DNA of 9,005 nucleotides from a virus (Duplodnaviria; Heunggongvirae; Uroviricota; Caudoviricetes): IMG/VR virus record IMGVR_UViG_3300014919_000042; one strand, 5' to 3'. Shown piece by piece: positions 6,079 to 9,005 of this stretch (position 1 is its first letter; each line of letters starts with the position of its first letter). The notes under the pieces were generated by a model. It saw only the letters and a program-made list of their open reading frames with translations, ran no database searches and was not told where the DNA came from. The position numbers and the translations under genes were made by a program.

Positions 6079-6121
6079 TTCGTTAACAAATGCGCTTTAC
6101 TGTACAATCCTTTCGTTAACA
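6079..6121 (+). promoter_or_regulatory. Candidate yohO promoter region flanked by a 10-bp direct repeat TTCGTTAACA
   Basis: TTCGTTAACA at 6079..6088 and 6112..6121, each containing the palindrome GTTAAC. Between them lies TGTACAAT, which resembles an extended -10 element (TGn + TACAAT). Located in the mlrA-yohO intergenic region just upstream of the yohO RBS. Confidence 0.3.
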
Positions 6122-6134
6122 TAAGGAGTGCATT

Positions 6135-6242
6135 ATGCGCATAGCTAAAATTGGGGTCATCGCCCTGTTCCTGTTTATGGCGTTAGGCGGAATTGGTGGC
6201 GTCATGCTCGCAGGTTATACCTTTATTTTGCGTGCTGGCTAA
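6135..6242 (+). CDS. yohO: Small membrane protein YohO (35 aa)
   Basis: RBS AAGGAG (6123..6128) 6 nt before the ATG. Translation [35 protein letters not shown] is a single hydrophobic helix. Position between mlrA and yehW matches E. coli K-12 gene order. Confidence 0.8.
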
Positions 6243-6954
6243 GCGCCTGCACCAGCCTTTCAAACAGGCGGTCTGCGATGATCGCCGCCAGTGCCACCAG
6301 TAACGCCCCCTGGATCACATACGCGGTATTAAATCCGCTAAGCCCGATGATGATGGGCGTACCCAGCGTGCTGGCCCCTACCGTTGAGGCGATCGTCGCC
6401 GTACCAATGTTGATAATCACCGAAGTTCGCACGCCCGCCAGAATCACCGGAGCCGCCAGCGGTAGCTCGACCTTACGCAGTCGCTGACCACGACTCATTC
6501 CCATACCTTTCGCAACTTCTGTCACGCTGGCATCAATCGCTCCCAGCCCGGCAAGTGTCGCCTGCAGGACGGGCAGCACACCGTAAAGGATCAAGGCGAT
6601 AATCGCTGGTTGCAGACCAAAGCCGATCACCGGAACGGCGATCGCCAGCACTGCGACGGGCGGAAAAGTCTGTCCAACGGCGGCAATAGTTTCCACCAGT
6701 GGGCGAAATTCCGCGCCCCACGGGCGAGTGACAGCAATTCCGGCACCAGTGCCAATGATCACCGCAAACAAACTCGAAATTCCCACCAGCCAGAAATGAG
6801 CCAGTGCCAGAGCTGCAAAACTTTCTTGCTGATAAACGGGTCGTGGCAGTTGTGGGAACAAGGCAGCAAACAGCGGCTGGCTGTAAGGCAGCCAGAAAAT
6901 CAGCGCCACAAACAGAGCAATGAGCCAGAACAGCGGATCGCGCAACATCTTCAT
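6223..6954 (-). CDS. yehW: ABC transporter permease YehW (osmF-yehYXW betaine uptake system), 243 aa
   Basis: Full-length - strand ORF. Polytopic hydrophobic protein with a permease-type segment (...[33 protein letters not shown]...). Directly downstream of yehX on the same strand. Confidence 0.93.
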
Positions 6955-6958
6955 ACGC

Positions 6959-7885
6959 TTACGCCTCCACCAGCAGATCCTGAAAATGCAGCGTGCCGCA
7001 AGGCTGGCCCTGCATGTTCACCACCGGCAGCACCTCGCATCCCCGCGCAACAAACAGAGAGAGCGCATCGCGTAGCGTCATCTCTTCTGCCAGTGCCTCA
7101 CCATCTGCTCGTTCTTCGCGACGCACGTAATCCGCCACACTACGTAACGAAAGCAGGCGCACACCCAGTTCACTACGTCCAAAAAACTGGCGGACAAAAT
7201 CATTCGCCGGACGAGTCAGCATCGTCAGCGGATTGCCCTGCTGCACTACTTCACCGTGATCCATCAATACCAGATGTTCTGCCAGCCGTAGCGCCTCATC
7301 AATATCATGAGTGACCAGCACAATGGTACGCCCCAGCAAACGGTGAATGCGCGTCATCTCTTGTTGCAACGCGCCGCGCGTTACCGGGTCCAGTGCGCCA
7401 AAAGGTTCATCCATTAGTAAGACTTGCGGATCGGCAGCCAGTGCACGCGCCACTCCCACACGTTGCTGCTGACCACCGGAAAGCTGATGCGGATAACGCT
7501 CACGCAAATTTGACTCCAGCCCCAGTAGCGCCATTAATTCGTCGATACGATCGTCAATCCGCGCCCGCGACCATTTTTGTAATTGCGGCACGGTAGCGAT
7601 GTTTTGCGCCACGCTCCAGTGGGGGAACAGGCCAATAGATTGAATGGCATAGCCCATCCGGCGGCGCAACTCCAGTACTGGCAGCGAGCGAATTTCTTCT
7701 CCGGCAAAGCGGATCTCTCCGCTGTCATGCTCCACCAGGCGGTTAATCATTTTCAGGGTGGTGGATTTGCCGGAGCCAGATGTGCCAATCAGCACCGAAA
7801 AACTCCCTTCCTGAAAATTGAGATTGAGATCGTTAACGGCTTTTTGTGCGCCGAACAGTTTGCTGACATGGCTAAATTCAATCAT
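6959..7885 (-). CDS. yehX: ABC transporter ATP-binding protein YehX, 308 aa
   Basis: Walker [13 protein letters not shown] signature [15 protein letters not shown], Walker [12 protein letters not shown] and H-loop VTHD are all present. Start overlaps the yehY stop by 8 nt. Confidence 0.96.
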   Translation of the reverse strand: MIEFSHVSKLFGAQKAVNDLNLNFQEGSFSVLIGTSGSGKSTTLKMINRLVEHDSGEIRFAGEEIRSLPVLELRRRMGYAIQSIGLFPHWSVAQNIATVPQLQKWSRARIDDRIDELMALLGLESNLRERYPHQLSGGQQQRVGVARALAADPQVLLMDEPFGALDPVTRGALQQEMTRIHRLLGRTIVLVTHDIDEALRLAEHLVLMDHGEVVQQGNPLTMLTRPANDFVRQFFGRSELGVRLLSLRSVADYVRREERADGEALAEEMTLRDALSLFVARGCEVLPVVNMQGQPCGTLHFQDLLVEA

Positions 7886-9005
7886 TACGTTTCACCTTCA
7901 GCAGTGCGATAAGCAAATCGAACAGCGCGTCGGTAAGCACCGCCAGAACAATTACCGGGATCACCCCCAGCAACACTAAATCAATGGCGCTGCTTAGCAG
8001 CCCCTGGAAAACCAGCGCACCAAAACCGCCTGCGCCGATTAACGCCGCAATCACCGCCATACCTACAGTTTGCACCATCACCACCCGCAGGCTGCGCAGA
8101 AATACCGGTAACGCCAGCGGTAACTGAACATGCAGGAAACGCTGCGCCCCGCTCATCCCCATCGCTCTGGCGCTTTCCAGCACATCGCGCGGGATCTGGT
8201 TCAAACCGACTACCACGCCGCGCACCAGCGGCAGCAAGGCATAGAGCACCAGCGCAATCAGTGCGGGTGTCATTCCGGTTCCTGCTATGCCGAGCGTCCC
8301 CAGCCACGGAAAGGCCGTAACCAGCGCGGCAAGCGGCGCAATCAACAGGCCAAAGAGCGCCACCGAAGGCACGGTCTGAATCACATTGAGCAGAGAAAAA
8401 ATTGCCCCCTGCCGAGCAGTGGAAAAGTAGCACCAGATGCCCAACGGCACACCAATCACTAACGCAGGCAGCACCGCACCAAACAGCAACGTCAGATGTT
8501 GTGCCAGCGCGTCGTCAAACACATCCTGACGGTTGGCGTATTCTTTCATTAGTGAGAGATCGTTAAGCGTGCCGGAGTACAGCAACCACAGCGGAATAAT
8601 GGCAATCTGCATATGCAACAACCAGCGCCACAGCGGATGCGTGGAGATTCGGCGGATGGCATCGCTACAGGCCAGCAATGCCAGCGCCGCAGCCAGCCAG
8701 AAACCACTGCCGAGGCTGGTACGCGCCAGCGCACTGCCATTTTGCGCCAGTTGGGTCGCCGCCTTTCCAGCTCCCCACACCAGCAATACGAAGACGAATT
8801 GCGCCAGAATGAGTGCACAAATGCTGCCTTTTTTACCGGGAATAAAACAGGCCGTCAGCCAGGCGCAACCAACGCCCACCAGCATCCAGATCGTTTGCGG
8901 CCACAGCTGCCAGAGATGACGCCCCTCACCCGAAACTAAACGATTAGGCGCGTAACTGATAAACGGCAGCGCCGCTGCGATTGCCGTCAGCAACAGCCAC
9001 AGCGC
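7878..9005 (-). CDS. yehY: ABC transporter permease YehY, 3' portion (N-terminus beyond window end)
   Basis: - strand frame is open to the window edge (continues [15 protein letters not shown]... upstream of the first in-window Met). Hydrophobic permease with segment ...[23 protein letters not shown].... Upstream of yehX in the same operon. Confidence 0.92.
   Translation of the reverse strand, partial: ALWLLLTAIAAALPFISYAPNRLVSGEGRHLWQLWPQTIWMLVGVGCAWLTACFIPGKKGSICALILAQFVFVLLVWGAGKAATQLAQNGSALARTSLGSGFWLAAALALLACSDAIRRISTHPLWRWLLHMQIAIIPLWLLYSGTLNDLSLMKEYANRQDVFDDALAQHLTLLFGAVLPALVIGVPLGIWCYFSTARQGAIFSLLNVIQTVPSVALFGLLIAPLAALVTAFPWLGTLGIAGTGMTPALIALVLYALLPLVRGVVVGLNQIPRDVLESARAMGMSGAQRFLHVQLPLALPVFLRSLRVVMVQTVGMAVIAALIGAGGFGALVFQGLLSSAIDLVLLGVIPVIVLAVLTDALFDLLIALLKVKRND

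Noticed and set aside
6095-6112. Possible LexA (SOS) box near TACTGTACAAT upstream of yohO
   Set aside because: Only the CTGT half-site is present, with no ACAG partner at the correct spacing.
6610-7314. 234-aa + strand ORF (plus other + strand ORFs at 7393..7912 and 8130..8939) antisense to yehW, yehX and yehY
   Set aside because: These are GC-rich antisense frames of well-supported ABC transporter genes. The translations are Arg/Pro/Ala/His-rich, as expected for non-coding frames in high-GC DNA.
1-9005. CRISPR array, tRNA or rRNA genes, stx genes or a complete known defence system
   Set aside because: No spaced repeats, no cloverleaf-like structured RNA candidates and no toxin-like ORFs were seen. 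Phage integration here is into a protein-coding gene, not a tRNA.

Overview
This window is the junction between the integrase-proximal end of a lambdoid prophage (about 1..5390) and an Escherichia coli-type chromosome, with the prophage inserted in the 5' end of mlrA (yehV). The prophage part is a single tightly packed + strand operon reading toward the attachment site. It holds a partial upstream ORF, two small hypothetical genes, an Ea22-like coiled-coil protein (interrupted by a 36-nt N run), a 175-aa protein with weak GNAT-like motifs, two paralogous modular proteins (the second with a C-terminal DUF551 domain), two small proteins, an excisionase-like gene and a 428-aa tyrosine integrase. 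The host part holds the 3' remnant of mlrA lacking its first ~17 codons, yohO, and on the - strand yehW, yehX and the 3' part of yehY (osmF-yehYXW betaine ABC transporter operon). I see no rRNA, tRNA or CRISPR array, and no complete known defence system. The most likely place for undescribed biology is the accessory cassette between the Ea22-like gene and the excisionase (about 1422..3760). All family assignments rest on motifs read by eye and memory, not on database searches.
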